DNA of 63,904 nucleotides, the filler included, from Olpidium bornovanus S191 (taxonomy: Eukaryota; Fungi; Olpidiomycota): the NCBI GenBank assembly GCA_017911155.1. It is 23 parts of 23 records of this genome, joined end to end, with 100 filler letters (N's around TTAATTAATTAA, not from the genome) between each part and the next. Parts side by side here need not be neighbours in the genome. Positions count along the whole stretch, not along the records: positions 51,767 to 53,484 come from JAEFCI010004805.1; positions 53,585 to 55,793 come from JAEFCI010007617.1; positions 55,894 to 57,006 come from JAEFCI010011663.1; positions 57,107 to 58,968 come from JAEFCI010004609.1; positions 59,069 to 60,616 come from JAEFCI010004784.1; positions 60,717 to 62,774 come from JAEFCI010001816.1; positions 62,875 to 63,904 come from JAEFCI010002714.1; 16 more parts are not named here. The stretch is one strand, 5' to 3'. The number at the start of each line of letters is the position of its first letter. The first letter of the stretch is position 1. Position numbers and translations under genes: made by a program. This document shows, piece after piece, positions 52,804-63,904 of the stretch. The notes under the pieces are model-generated. The model was not told where the DNA came from. It worked only from the letters and a program-made list of their open reading frames with translations, and ran no database searches.

Positions 52804-52954
52804 CCTGCGAGACGCAGGAGACGTTCGGCCCCGCGGCCGCCCGCCGGCGGGCCCCGCGAACCGGCCACTGTCCGCCGCGTTCTTCCCGTCGAAACTCATG
52901 TCGCGGTTGTCCATGTTGATGGCCAAAGACGGCTCCTCGTCCGTCCAAAAATAA
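51767..52954 (+). CDS. CAMK-group (KIN1/MARK-like) Ser/Thr kinase, C-terminal part with UBA-like region; 5' truncated
   Basis: LYKKITAGDFACPDHLAP|GARHLICRLLTVDPKRRATLAEVKMHEW, then DDIVKRMESFGY..VRSTYYLLSE. Intron 51832-52070. Confidence 0.85.
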
Positions 52955-54153
52955 GAATTCATTATTTCAGAAACAAAAGAAGCGGGCGCGCGAAAGATGC
53001 CCAGGAAGCGGGCGGGCGGAGGGGAGGAATGGGGGAAGGAGGGTGGGAGAAGGGACGCGCGCAACGCGTCCCGTTCCGCCGACGCAGACGCCCAACCCCG
53101 TTCTCCTCGTCCTCCTTCCCCTCCCCCATCTCCCCTTTTTCTCCCGCCGGCCGGCGAGCGACGGGTCGTGTTTTTTTTTCCTTGGTTTATCCCGGGGGGT
53201 GATCGTTTTCTCCGCCCGCCACCGGGGCGGGAGGGGGCCGTTGGAGTGCAGGAGAATTTTTTTTTTTTAAAACAGAAAACAGGCGCAGCACAAAAGCGAC
53301 AAAGCTGGTCCTCCCGGGCATAATGGGGCCAGAAGCTCCCCGCGCAAAGTGGGCCGGGCGGGGACATGTAACCCCGCCCTAATGCACCGTAGTGCGCGCG
53401 TGCAATCGCAGTGGCCGCAATGTTGGCTCGGCGCTCCTGGTGCAGATGCACCTCGGCACACGCACTCCCGCTTTGGCGCCAGCANNNNNNNNNNNNNNNN
53501 NNNNNNNNNNNNNNNNNNNNNNNNNNNNTTAATTAATTAANNNNNNNNNNNNNNNNNNNNNNNNNNNNNNNNNNNNNNNNNNNNCATGAGCCCGGCCGCA
53601 AGAAAGTTCCGCGGGCCTTACGCCCTTCTAGAGGGTCCGCGGACCAGCCCACGCAACTGCGCGCCCGCAAGATGAACCTTGCTGCTGCCGTAATAGGCGC
53701 GGCGTCTGGCGCGAAGTCGAAGCAGAGCGGGATCCCGCACCAGTCTATAGTGAGCATCTTTTGTCGGTAACCAATCGGCAACGTTCGTCGTTGTTTTCGC
53801 GATAATAACCGCCGCTTACAGTCGAATTTTGGACTTCCAGCTTATATCTCGCGGTTTCACGTTTTCTGAGACTATTCTCATCTCTCTTTGGAACGCCGTC
53901 TGAGACACGGCCGCGGGATGCGCCATCGGAAACGGCGGAGAACATGCCGGCGCGGCGTCTGCCAGGATGCGGAATTCGCCGATGCAGCCGTGCGCTCGTT
54001 CTGTCTACAGACACGACGACGCCTGCCCAGTTCTCCGAACTTACACGTGCCCGAAGCTTGCCTGCTGTAGCCGGTGCAGCTTTTTGGGCCAAGGACAGCT
54101 AGGTTGCAGCCTGCATGGTTACCAGGGCTCTTTGGTCCAGAAACGTGGGCAGA

Positions 54154-54500
54154 ATGCCGAATGCGCGCAAGTTGGAGAGATCTAAAGCCGGGTTAGAGTG
54201 CGCCCGATGCCAAAGCACGGAAGCTCTCGTAAAGCTAGCCTCATTGTTCTATTGCAAAAAGCACCTTGAAAATATCTGGCAGAGGAACAGGTCCATTAAG
54301 GTGATGCCAAGTCCATTCTTCAAAAATGCCAGAAGGTATTGAAAATCCTATTTTGCCAGGATTGCCTATCAACGGAAACTTGAGACGTCTAAAGCCGGCG
54401 AAGTATGTGCTGGCTGCAGGAGGAAAGAGAACTTAACAAGGAAACGTTGGCTCCACTGGTGTCAACGGCGTCTACAGCGGCGAAACGTCAGAATTAGGTA
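54154..54500 (+). pseudogene. Interrupted ORF with two 69-aa-period Cys-motif repeats
   Basis: RKLERSKAGLECARC-x14-CKKH and RKLETSKAGEVCAGC-x14-CQRR, separated by an in-frame TGA at 54340. Confidence 0.45.
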
Positions 54501-55124
54501 TCATTCCAAACAGCGTAACATTCGACCCGATGCGCAGCTGTAGCGTCTAAACCGAGGTCATCTCTTGCTGCTTCCAGAGACAAGTTTGATAAATCAAGAG
54601 CAGGCGTTGAATGTCTTCAATTGGGCGCCGGTGCGAACATCACCCTTCTGAAATCGGAGCTGGCGCGATCGGGCGTTTGCATAGAAGTAGGATTATCGGC
54701 CGGGGGACGCGGCGCCTTTAATTCTGCCCGTGTCCACGGTGAAATTCACGGACTACGCTGGAGGAGCCAAAGGGCGAAAATGCCCACGCGACGAAAGCGT
54801 ACAAGTCGCCTCGGTGTTTTCGTCGATGAAAAACGTTACAAAAGTGGCAAACTGCGGAAAACTGTTGCGAACCGTATGATGCGCTCTACGAGTTACGTGA
54901 CCACCAACGTGCTATTGCCAGGAGGAGGAGCCGGCGTATCCGGCTTCCTCCCCTTTGGCCGCGAACAGCAAAACAAAGGAGAGAAGAGAAGAAGAGTGGC
55001 GGGAAGAAGAGGCGAATTGCAACAAAAATAAAGCGGACACGAAAGTTAGGCCGAGGGTTTTTGAAAATTATAATGTAATTTACTGATAAATCCAACAAAA
55101 AAGCGGGGGCAGAAAATTCATTAT

Positions 55125-55132
55125 AAAAAAAA
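55125..55132 (-). terminator. Pol III oligo-dT terminator of tRNA-Lys
   Basis: T-run on the minus strand immediately after the tRNA 3' end. Confidence 0.75.
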
Positions 55133-55133
55133 T

Positions 55134-55206
55134 AGCCCAACGCGGGGGTCGAACCCGCAACCTTGAGATTAAGAGTCTCACGCTCTGCCGATTGAGCTAG
55201 CCGGGC
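55134..55206 (-). tRNA. tRNA-Lys (anticodon CUU), intronless
   Basis: GCCCGGCTAGCTCAATCGGCAGAGCGTGAGACTCTTAATCTCAAGGTTGCGGGTTCGACCCCCGCGTTGGGCT: 73-nt cloverleaf with A and B boxes. Confidence 0.97.
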
Positions 55207-56367
55207 ATGCGAGAAGATGTGCGACGTAACCTCACGACCGCATTTGGAGTCTGAACGGTTGGAAACCAACACGCAAAACCGGTCACGTGACCATAAAATG
55301 CTTTTTTTGGGTGGGGGTGGGAAGCTGGCGGAAATTAGGGAAAAGGAATCGTCTCCTCCCTTCTTCCGACCGCTCATCCTTTAAGCTTCATCTGACATTT
55401 AATCTCCCCCATTGAGATACCTGTAGAACGCGCGCCGAGACTTGCTCCCGCACAAGCGTCAAAGGACGCGGAGGCGTTTACCTGAATTGAAGGCAAAACC
55501 AGAAATGCCGGAAACTTTGCCGGAATTTGCCGGCCCAGGGAGAGTCTTCAGATGCCACCCCTTGCCGCTCCTTTATTTGCCGACGGCAGAGGGCGGATAA
55601 CAGTCGCCAGTTAGAAAGGGAGAGGGCGTGCTGGATGAGGCCCACCCTTGCATATTTCGTTTTTCTTAGGGAACATGCTATCAGAGCTGCTGAATGACTT
55701 TTTGGAATGAATTTCACGACGGATATCAGCGGTCAGTTTTTGGAAGAGACAGGTGGACGCTGACAGAACGGATGCCTTGGGCAAATGGATTAGNNNNNNN
55801 NNNNNNNNNNNNNNNNNNNNNNNNNNNNNNNNNNNNNTTAATTAATTAANNNNNNNNNNNNNNNNNNNNNNNNNNNNNNNNNNNNNNNNNNNNCATGTGC
55901 TCTCAACTCCGGTCACCCTTTTTTTTTACGACTCGTAATTTCACGCCCTGACACGGTCACAAACCTGAGCCCGCAAAAGCATTCCGAACTGGCAAAGCGT
56001 TTGGGCGATCTGCGAAATGTGCCCATAGAGTTGGAGGCGCAAGCCCCGCAACCCTGGCAAGGTATGCGGGCTTTTTTTTTTCTGGTCGGGGGCTCGGGTT
56101 TCCGGTTTGGGTCTCGGGGGATCTCTGACACGCCCACGCGACCTCGCGCACACGGAGTGATTATCTCAAGGAAATGCGGCACGTGGTCTCACGTGATCTT
56201 AAAGCGGCGGGCCTTAACAAAAATAAAAAAATAATTTGGGTGCCTCTTCTCCTTCCTCCCCCTCGCTCCTCCGCCCCGCCTCCCGCACAACAACAGATCA
56301 GCGGACGAACAAGAAACACTCCTCTTTTCCGCGCTAGCTCGACAGTTCCGGCACCTAACCGAGGACC

Positions 56368-56987
56368 ATGGCACACGAAACCGTTTGGTGAGGGCCAGCG
56401 CCGTAGGCCCCCCGGGCTGCTCTTTCGTTGCTTGCCCCCCCCCCCTCCCCCGCTCCCCTTCTCTTTTCCCGCTTGTTCGCACGCGCCTTCCGCGCTCGAG
56501 TTCCGAGGACGGTTCACTCACGAAGTTCGCCGTTCCACTCGTTCTCTCTCGCGGCCTTCCAGGTATTCTCGCCCCCGCCGCTACGGCAAGGGCTCTCGGC
56601 AGTGGTATGTGCAAACGCATTGAACCCGGCCGCTGTGGCCGCGCTTGCAGCGTGTTGGGTGCCGCCCCACCCTCTTGTCTTCGGGAAACGGCAGTCTTGA
56701 CATGGGAGAGCGGGAGGAGGCTTACATGGCAACTTCGCGGAGCGTTAAGAATGGCAACAACCTTTTGCTTTCGCCTGGGAACATGTTGGCGGAGATCGCC
56801 TGACAGGGGCCCCCCCGCCGCTGGTCATAACGTTGTTCCCGTTGCAGCTAAAAGCCCTATCGTTTCGTGTTTTGCCGCTCGGTACAGCCGAGTCTGCGCC
56901 CACCAGGCCGGTCTTCTCCGTCAGTACGGTCTGAACATCTGCCGCCAGTGCTTTCGTCAGTACGCCGGAGACATCGGGTTTGTGAAG
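56368..56987 (+). CDS. RPS29: 40S ribosomal protein S29 (uS14); exons 56368-56387, 56563-56604, 56888-56987; last exon beyond contig end
   Basis: [54 protein letters not shown]. Confidence 0.97.
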
Positions 56988-57772
56988 GTGCGTTACGAAC
57001 CGCAGCNNNNNNNNNNNNNNNNNNNNNNNNNNNNNNNNNNNNNNNNNNNNTTAATTAATTAANNNNNNNNNNNNNNNNNNNNNNNNNNNNNNNNNNNNNN
57101 NNNNNNGTATCATTCGCTTACGCCGTCGGAAGCCGGCACGTTACATTGGCAGACGACATCAAAACCGGAAACGGTCGATTCCTCATAAAGCGTTACCAAC
57201 GAAGACACAAGAAAACGCACGCCATGATGTTCGAAAAACCCAATATGGCACAGGATATCATGGGTGTAAATTGCTTTTCCATTGGAGACATTGGAGACAT
57301 TAGGACCGGTCCTTTCTGACTTCGTGCATGTCGCGGTGAACTGCCAAGCGGGGTTTTCTGCGTTGCGCGCATTGGTTTTGCAGGTGCGAAAGAACTAGAG
57401 AGATATTGATCGTTAGTTGTATCCCGGCTGGAGAGCGCCAGATGGCACCCTCCGGTGTATACCCGGGGCGAAACCAGACGCACAGAGCTATGTTCTCCAT
57501 TACATGACTCTGAGGACACAGGAGTTCCAACGTTCCCCCCCCTCCCCTCTTCCCTCTCTCCCGCCACCTTTCCTCCTTCAGCTTCGCCGGTGCGATTCCT
57601 TTTGCTTGTGTGACCTCGGTGGCATGGAGTTTGCAAGACTGGCGTGGTTCGGCTAATACATGACCACGTGACGAGAGGGAACAAGGCCCAAACTTTCCCC
57701 CTCCCCTTCCGCCCCTCTCCCCCGCCGCCGCGTTCCGGGACAAGGGACGAAAGCGACCCCGTTCGCAGCGAG

Positions 57773-58968
<1,196 letters not shown>

Positions 58969-59068
58969 NNNNNNNNNNNNNNNNNNNNNNNNNNNNNNNN
59001 NNNNNNNNNNNNTTAATTAATTAANNNNNNNNNNNNNNNNNNNNNNNNNNNNNNNNNNNNNNNNNNNN

Positions 59069-59396
59069 CATGTTACTGGGCTGTTTGTGCCGACATCCGG
59101 CGAACCGCGCGCTCGTGGCCGACAAGCTCCAGTACCGTTCATTCCAGCCACTGGTGCTGCAGCTCGAGGAATACATCGAATTCCACAGGATGGTCGGCGA
59201 AAAGCATTCGCAGAACCTCTCGCTTTCACAGCAGCAGGAGCAGCATCAGGCGCCGGGGTCCCCGAAGGAAGCCGTGGATTTGACCGTCCTCCACCTCGAC
59301 CGGATTCGGCAGTCGTTCGCGGAGGTGGCGGAGTTCTTGAAGAGCGTCGAACCGGCCGGCCCGCAGCAGTCGGAACTCCGGCATTTGCGACGCTAG
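59069..59396 (+). CDS. WAPL: WAPL/Wpl1/Rad61 cohesin release factor, C-terminal fragment
   Basis: LLGCLCRHPANRALVADKL..FQPLVLQLEEYIEFHRMV resembles the WAPL C-terminal LLGCL...N...V...L......L..F..F pattern. Confidence 0.55.
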
Positions 59397-59400
59397 GCCA

Positions 59401-59441
59401 GCGACTCCAGCAGAGGCCCGCGACTCCAGCAGAGGCCCGCG
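59401..59441 (+). repeat. 19-bp tandem duplication
   Basis: gcgactccagcagaggccc twice, just after the WAPL-like stop. Confidence 0.9.
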
Positions 59442-60289
59442 TCGATCTTCTGCGGAAGCCGCACGGAGTGCTGGTTTGCGCGTATGGCGGTTATTTATGG
59501 AGTCGACCAGCTTCTCAGCTTGTGTACTGATGGCGCTGGAACGATCAGGATTCTCGCTGTCTCAATTACCAAGTAGACAATTTGCTCACTGCCCGCAAAT
59601 TGTCGCGTGTTTATGAATGTGCTGTGCAAGGAGGGACAGCCTTGGACCCGCGGTTACACTACTCGTCTTTCCCAAAAAAAAACTAAGTTATGTTGGTTTC
59701 TCGTAGCAGGGATATTACCTGAACACTCTTTCCATCAATCTCATTGGCTCTGCTCTTGTTCTGTGTAACATGCTGTGGATGTGCTTACACAGCGAATGAC
59801 CAATCTGTGATCGGTTGCATCAATTTGCAGCTGCTGTACTACACACACCACATAACTGTGCTGTGAGATTAGTATCAGCCGTAATAAACTAAAAAACGCT
59901 GTGCCATTGAGGAAAGCGAAGGGTTCTCTTGAGTGCTCTGACAGCGGAGACGAATTGATCGGAAGGCCACAGGAAAGTGGGGAAGAGCGTCGGCCGTGTG
60001 GTGGATCCCCTGAGCAATTCGAACGCACGCCTCAAACCTACCTCTCCTGGAAGCGTATTCTTTTACCATATTTTTTTATTTTTCTTTTATTTTTTTTTTT
60101 TTTTTTGGCAGATCCGCATTGTGAAATCTCGCTAAGCCGCTTACCGGAAGTCTATATTTACATGTTCTAAGCGGCAGAAAATGCCCAAGAGTTTGCGTGG
60201 CCAACGAAGCAAACAAAGCATAAAAGGGGGGGGGGGGCCTGGGCCACGCCCGCCGAAAAGTCACATTTGAACTGCCCTACCTCATGTCG

Positions 60290-60560
60290 TCGTCGTCGTC
60301 CTCACCGCCCGCCGGCTGCTGCGGCCGCGCTGCTCGGGCGTCTCCCGCCGGCGGCCACTTGTCGCGAGCGGGCCAAGCGGGCGCGCCGAAATTCTGGGCC
60401 AGGAACTGTTCGGCGTGGTCGACGTTCCCGCCGTGCGAGTCCAGCGCGCCGGTGAGGACGTCGGTGGGGACGTGCGGCCAGTTCGCCTGCAACCGCATGC
60501 GGTGGGCGCTGACGTCGATCGGCACGGCGTCCGAGCCGCGTTTCACCGGCTGTGTGTGTG
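60290..60560 (-). CDS. Exon encoding a CUE-like ubiquitin-binding domain (gene incomplete)
   Basis: RLQANWPHVPTDVLTGALDSHGGNVDHAEQFL fits the CUE pattern L...(F/W)P.....l..vL....g.v..A...L. Confidence 0.45.
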
Positions 60561-60716
60561 GGGGGAGGGGGGGGGGGGGCACAGAAAGCGCGGCAATATG
60601 AAAAAGAAAGAGAAAANNNNNNNNNNNNNNNNNNNNNNNNNNNNNNNNNNNNNNNNNNNNTTAATTAATTAANNNNNNNNNNNNNNNNNNNNNNNNNNNN
60701 NNNNNNNNNNNNNNNN

Positions 60717-61060
60717 CCGCGGTGGCTTTCTCGGAGAACGGCTATCTGCTGGCCACGGCCTCCGCCGACGAGCCGGTGGTGAAGCTGTGGGACCTGCGCA
60801 AGCTCAAGACGGTGCAGACTCTGGAGCTTGGTGGTTCGACTTCCTCTGCAACTCGGTCGCTGCACTTCGACTACAGCGGATCCTACCTCGCTGCTGGAGG
60901 GATGGATCTCCGGGTGTGGAAAACCAAGGGGTGGGAAGAGTTGCTTGTACGAGAAGAGCACACCAGCGAGGTCAGGGGCGTCAGGTTCGGCGACAAGGCT
61001 CAGGAGATCGTCACAGCCTCTATGGACCGGAGTGTCATTATATACAGCGCACAGGAGTAG
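60717..61060 (+). CDS. PRP19: Pre-mRNA splicing factor Prp19, C-terminal WD40 repeats (5' truncated)
   Basis: VAFSENGYLLATAS..VKLWDLRKLK..FDYSGSYLAAGG..EHTSEVRGVRFG..TASMDRS. Confidence 0.93.
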
Positions 61061-63387
61061 GGCGCCCACAGCGCAAAAAGGGTCTAGTTCCGCACAACGG
61101 TTTGCATCTTGATGTGCCGCGCCGTTGCAATTTGCTTCAAGCATCTTATTTCTTTTTTTACCCCTTCACCGTTCTCATGGATGAGGCTCTAGTATACTTG
61201 GTGACGGTCGGAAAAGCATGTCAGAAAAGTCGGCTCGCTCGAGCACGGTCGATTTCGACCCCCCGATCCGACGTCCGGGTCTGTCAGGCAGTAACCCAAA
61301 ACGCCGTTTGCGCGCTTCGGCGCATCCCAAACCGCGTTGTTCCGAGTAATCGGACCCGTGCTCCCGTTGTTCATCAGCACCCGATGCCCGCAAGGATTCA
61401 GCTGTGCGCCGAGCAAAAGCGGAAGACACAGCTAGTTGGAACTGTGTGGGTTCCGGCCGGCTGCGGACGCTTGCTCTTTTTATTTTTGGCCCTTTTGCGG
61501 AAGGAAGGTGGCGTAGTGGTGGTGAGGGAGGGGGAGAGGGGGGGTGCAAGTTCACTTCCACGCGCCCAGTCCGAACGAACCCGCGCTCACTGCCGCCTTA
61601 CGTAGAGCTTTCGGGCCGCCAGCGGGGTCTTCTCAAACCCGACCTGCGCGAGTTCACGTCTCGTGGTCGCGTGTGGTGTCTAGAAGTCTCCAGTTGAAGG
61701 ACGAGGTATTCTTAAAGAGAGTCACGTGTACGCCGGCTCTGCCGCGTCACGCCGCAACGCTCGTCCACCCTTGGACCTCTTGCCGCGCCGCCCGCGCCTG
61801 TCCCTCCAATCCAGGTCGCGGCCCGCCTCGGAGCGCCGGTTACGCGACGTCGGCGGCTTTGCTGATCTTCCGAAACAGTCGGTGTTTCGGCAAAAGTGAC
61901 GCAGAACACACGCTACCTTCTGCTCCTCAGTGAGCCGCTTGATGCCGCTGTGAAGGGCCGGCGGCGGGTGGCAGCGGCACTTGTGGAGCACGCGACATCT
62001 TCGTTTCGTTTGGTTTGGTCGGGACGCCTACTTTCGAGCGGCAGGACAGGGGTGTACAGTCCCGTTCTCCGTTCCCATTTCAACCATCTCCAAAATGACC
62101 AACCACCTCTTCCTCGCTCCCCCTTCGTCGCCTTCACGTCATCAACCCCATCCCCGCTGCCCGCCCAAAAAAAAATAAAAAAAAATAAAAAAAAAATAAA
62201 AAAAAAACTAAAAGCGCAATAACCGACAGGCGCCCAGTTGCTTTTTTTTTTATTACTATTCTATTACTATTATTTTATTACTATTGGATCCCCCGTAACA
62301 AACAAAAATCGGATATGCTGTTGGCGGCGGTACAATGGCCGTGTAGTCCGCGGTCGCGGGAGCGCATCTTTTCTTCTCGCGTATACAGACAACAGACGAC
62401 GCGAGATGTGTGTTGCCCTTCGCGTTTTTGATTGAACCGAACAGCATCAGACACGCGCGCAGTACGAAAGGACGGCGGCTGTGAAAACGGTCGGCCCAAA
62501 ACAAAAAAACACCACCTTACCTTCGACCTGTGTTCACTTGCTCGACTGCAAAACGTACCAGGCCCAGCGCACGCGAGATCAGATGAGCCCAAACCCCTGC
62601 GCGTTTTCGATCGCCGTGAACAGCCGATCTTGTAGTTTCTCTTTCGAACAGTATTCCGGCAGCAGTAACCTGGTCGCGACCGGCAATTCCAGTCGCCCGC
62701 GAGTTGATCGCACGGCGGTTTTGAGTCGCGCAATAACCCCTCCTCCGTTTTACCCCCCCACCCCCCCCCCCCCCNNNNNNNNNNNNNNNNNNNNNNNNNN
62801 NNNNNNNNNNNNNNNNNNTTAATTAATTAANNNNNNNNNNNNNNNNNNNNNNNNNNNNNNNNNNNNNNNNNNNNAAAAAAGGGGGGCCCCCCCCCCCCCC
62901 CCCCCTCCCCCCCCCCCCCCCCCCCCCCCCCCCCACAGCCCTTACCACTTGCGCGCAGTCAGTACTGCTCGACCCGCGGGCCCGCCGGGCGGAAAAAAGA
63001 AACGCGTTGGCCATGCCAGCGTCTCTCCTCCCCTCATTGTCGCGTCGTTTTCCTTGCCGTCTCGGGTGCAATTTTTGCTTGGACGAAAGTGGAGGAGCCT
63101 GCCCAGTGCGCCTCTTCCCCAGTCGCGGAGCAGGCCCGCGGATATAAGCTGGATCTCTCTAACCTGCACTCCGTCTGCTCGCTCTTCTACGATCTGGCGC
63201 TCTAGGCGAACGGGCTTTTGGAACGCGCGAATAACACTTGGTCTCCTATTACGTCTGTTCACCCGGTAAAACGCGCGCGCGCGTAAAAAGAAAAAGGCTA
63301 GCAGGTCGAAAGTGAAGTCAACACGCGTTTCCGCCCAACCCCTTTCCCAGTTACCTGCGGGGACACCAGACCGCTTCCTGCTCAACC

Positions 63388-63805
63388 ATGCCCAAAGCTG
63401 CGTCTAAGAAGGCCGACAACGGCTCCGGCAAGAAGAAGCGCGGTTCGAAGCCCAAGAAAGACCCCAACGCACCCAAGCGGAACCTTTCTGCGTACATGTT
63501 CTACGCCCAAGAGAACAGGGAGAAGGTCAAGGCCCAGCACCCCAACGCCACCTTCAGTAAGTATCGTGTCGATCGCGTGACTCCCGTGGCGCCAAGGGGG
63601 TTTGCGTAGGGACCGTCTGTTTTCGTCGCGTTTCTGCAAGATAGATGGGCAGAGTCTCGCGCTCGTGCCCCCTCGCGAGTTTGCTTGCTGCCAGCCGGTT
63701 TCCTACCAGGGGCTCCCATGTGTTAATTTTCCTCGCCGTTTCGCAGGTGATATGGGCAAAATCCTGGGCGAGAACTGGAAGGCCATGACTGACGCCCAAA
63801 AGAAG
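63388..63805 (+). CDS. NHP6: HMG-box non-histone chromosomal protein Nhp6; exons 63388-63557 and 63747-63805; 3' part outside window
   Basis: [54 protein letters not shown]. Confidence 0.95.
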
Positions 63806-63904
63806 GTTCGTATGTCCAGGGCGCACATACCTGGGCTTGCCACCTTATTATCGAACGTCCGGAAATTCCGTTTTAGTTGCGATTACCGCGCACGACCTAA
63901 AATT

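Noticed and set aside
56605-56887. Possible intronic H/ACA snoRNA in RPS29 intron 2
   Set aside because: ACA trinucleotides and weak stems are present, but no convincing H box plus two-hairpin fold by eye; needs an Infernal/snoRNA search.

Overview
This window is not contiguous DNA. It is 23 short contigs joined by 22 artificial 100-nt spacers (N44-TTAATTAATTAA-N44), so adjacency is only meaningful inside a contig. The sequence is from a GC-rich, intron-rich eukaryote with long G/C/A/T homopolymers. The gene set suggests a fungus, probably an early-diverging lineage (inference). Recognisable host genes: Acinus-like SAP-RRM-RSB protein, VanZ-like membrane protein, SH3BGR-like protein, multi-repeat Myb protein, Polo kinase (CDC5/PLK1), FAM173-like methyltransferase, copper chaperone CCS1, importin-11/KAP120, double MYND-finger protein, ElaA/YjcF-type GNAT, KIN1/MARK-type kinase, tRNA-Lys(CUU), RPS29, Rab14/Rab4-like GTPase, WAPL, PRP19 and NHP6. 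Many are truncated by contig ends. Ty1/copia, Ty3/gypsy and possible MULE relics fill 7-13.8 kb and several small contigs. The best leads are: (1) a ~1 kb decayed bacterial-type segment (Shine-Dalgarno, signal-peptide gene, ccsA/resC-like fragment) embedded among the transposon relics; (2) a truncated copia RT reading in frame into the Myb gene; (3) a pol-end/97-bp LTR/gag arrangement; (4) a 69-aa Cys-motif repeat pseudogene. Technical signals (CATG/AATT contig ends, a perfect 1.25-kb palindromic contig) mean junction-based claims need read-level validation. I found no confidently supportable novel multi-gene system. Domain calls are by eye from remembered family motifs; no searches were run.
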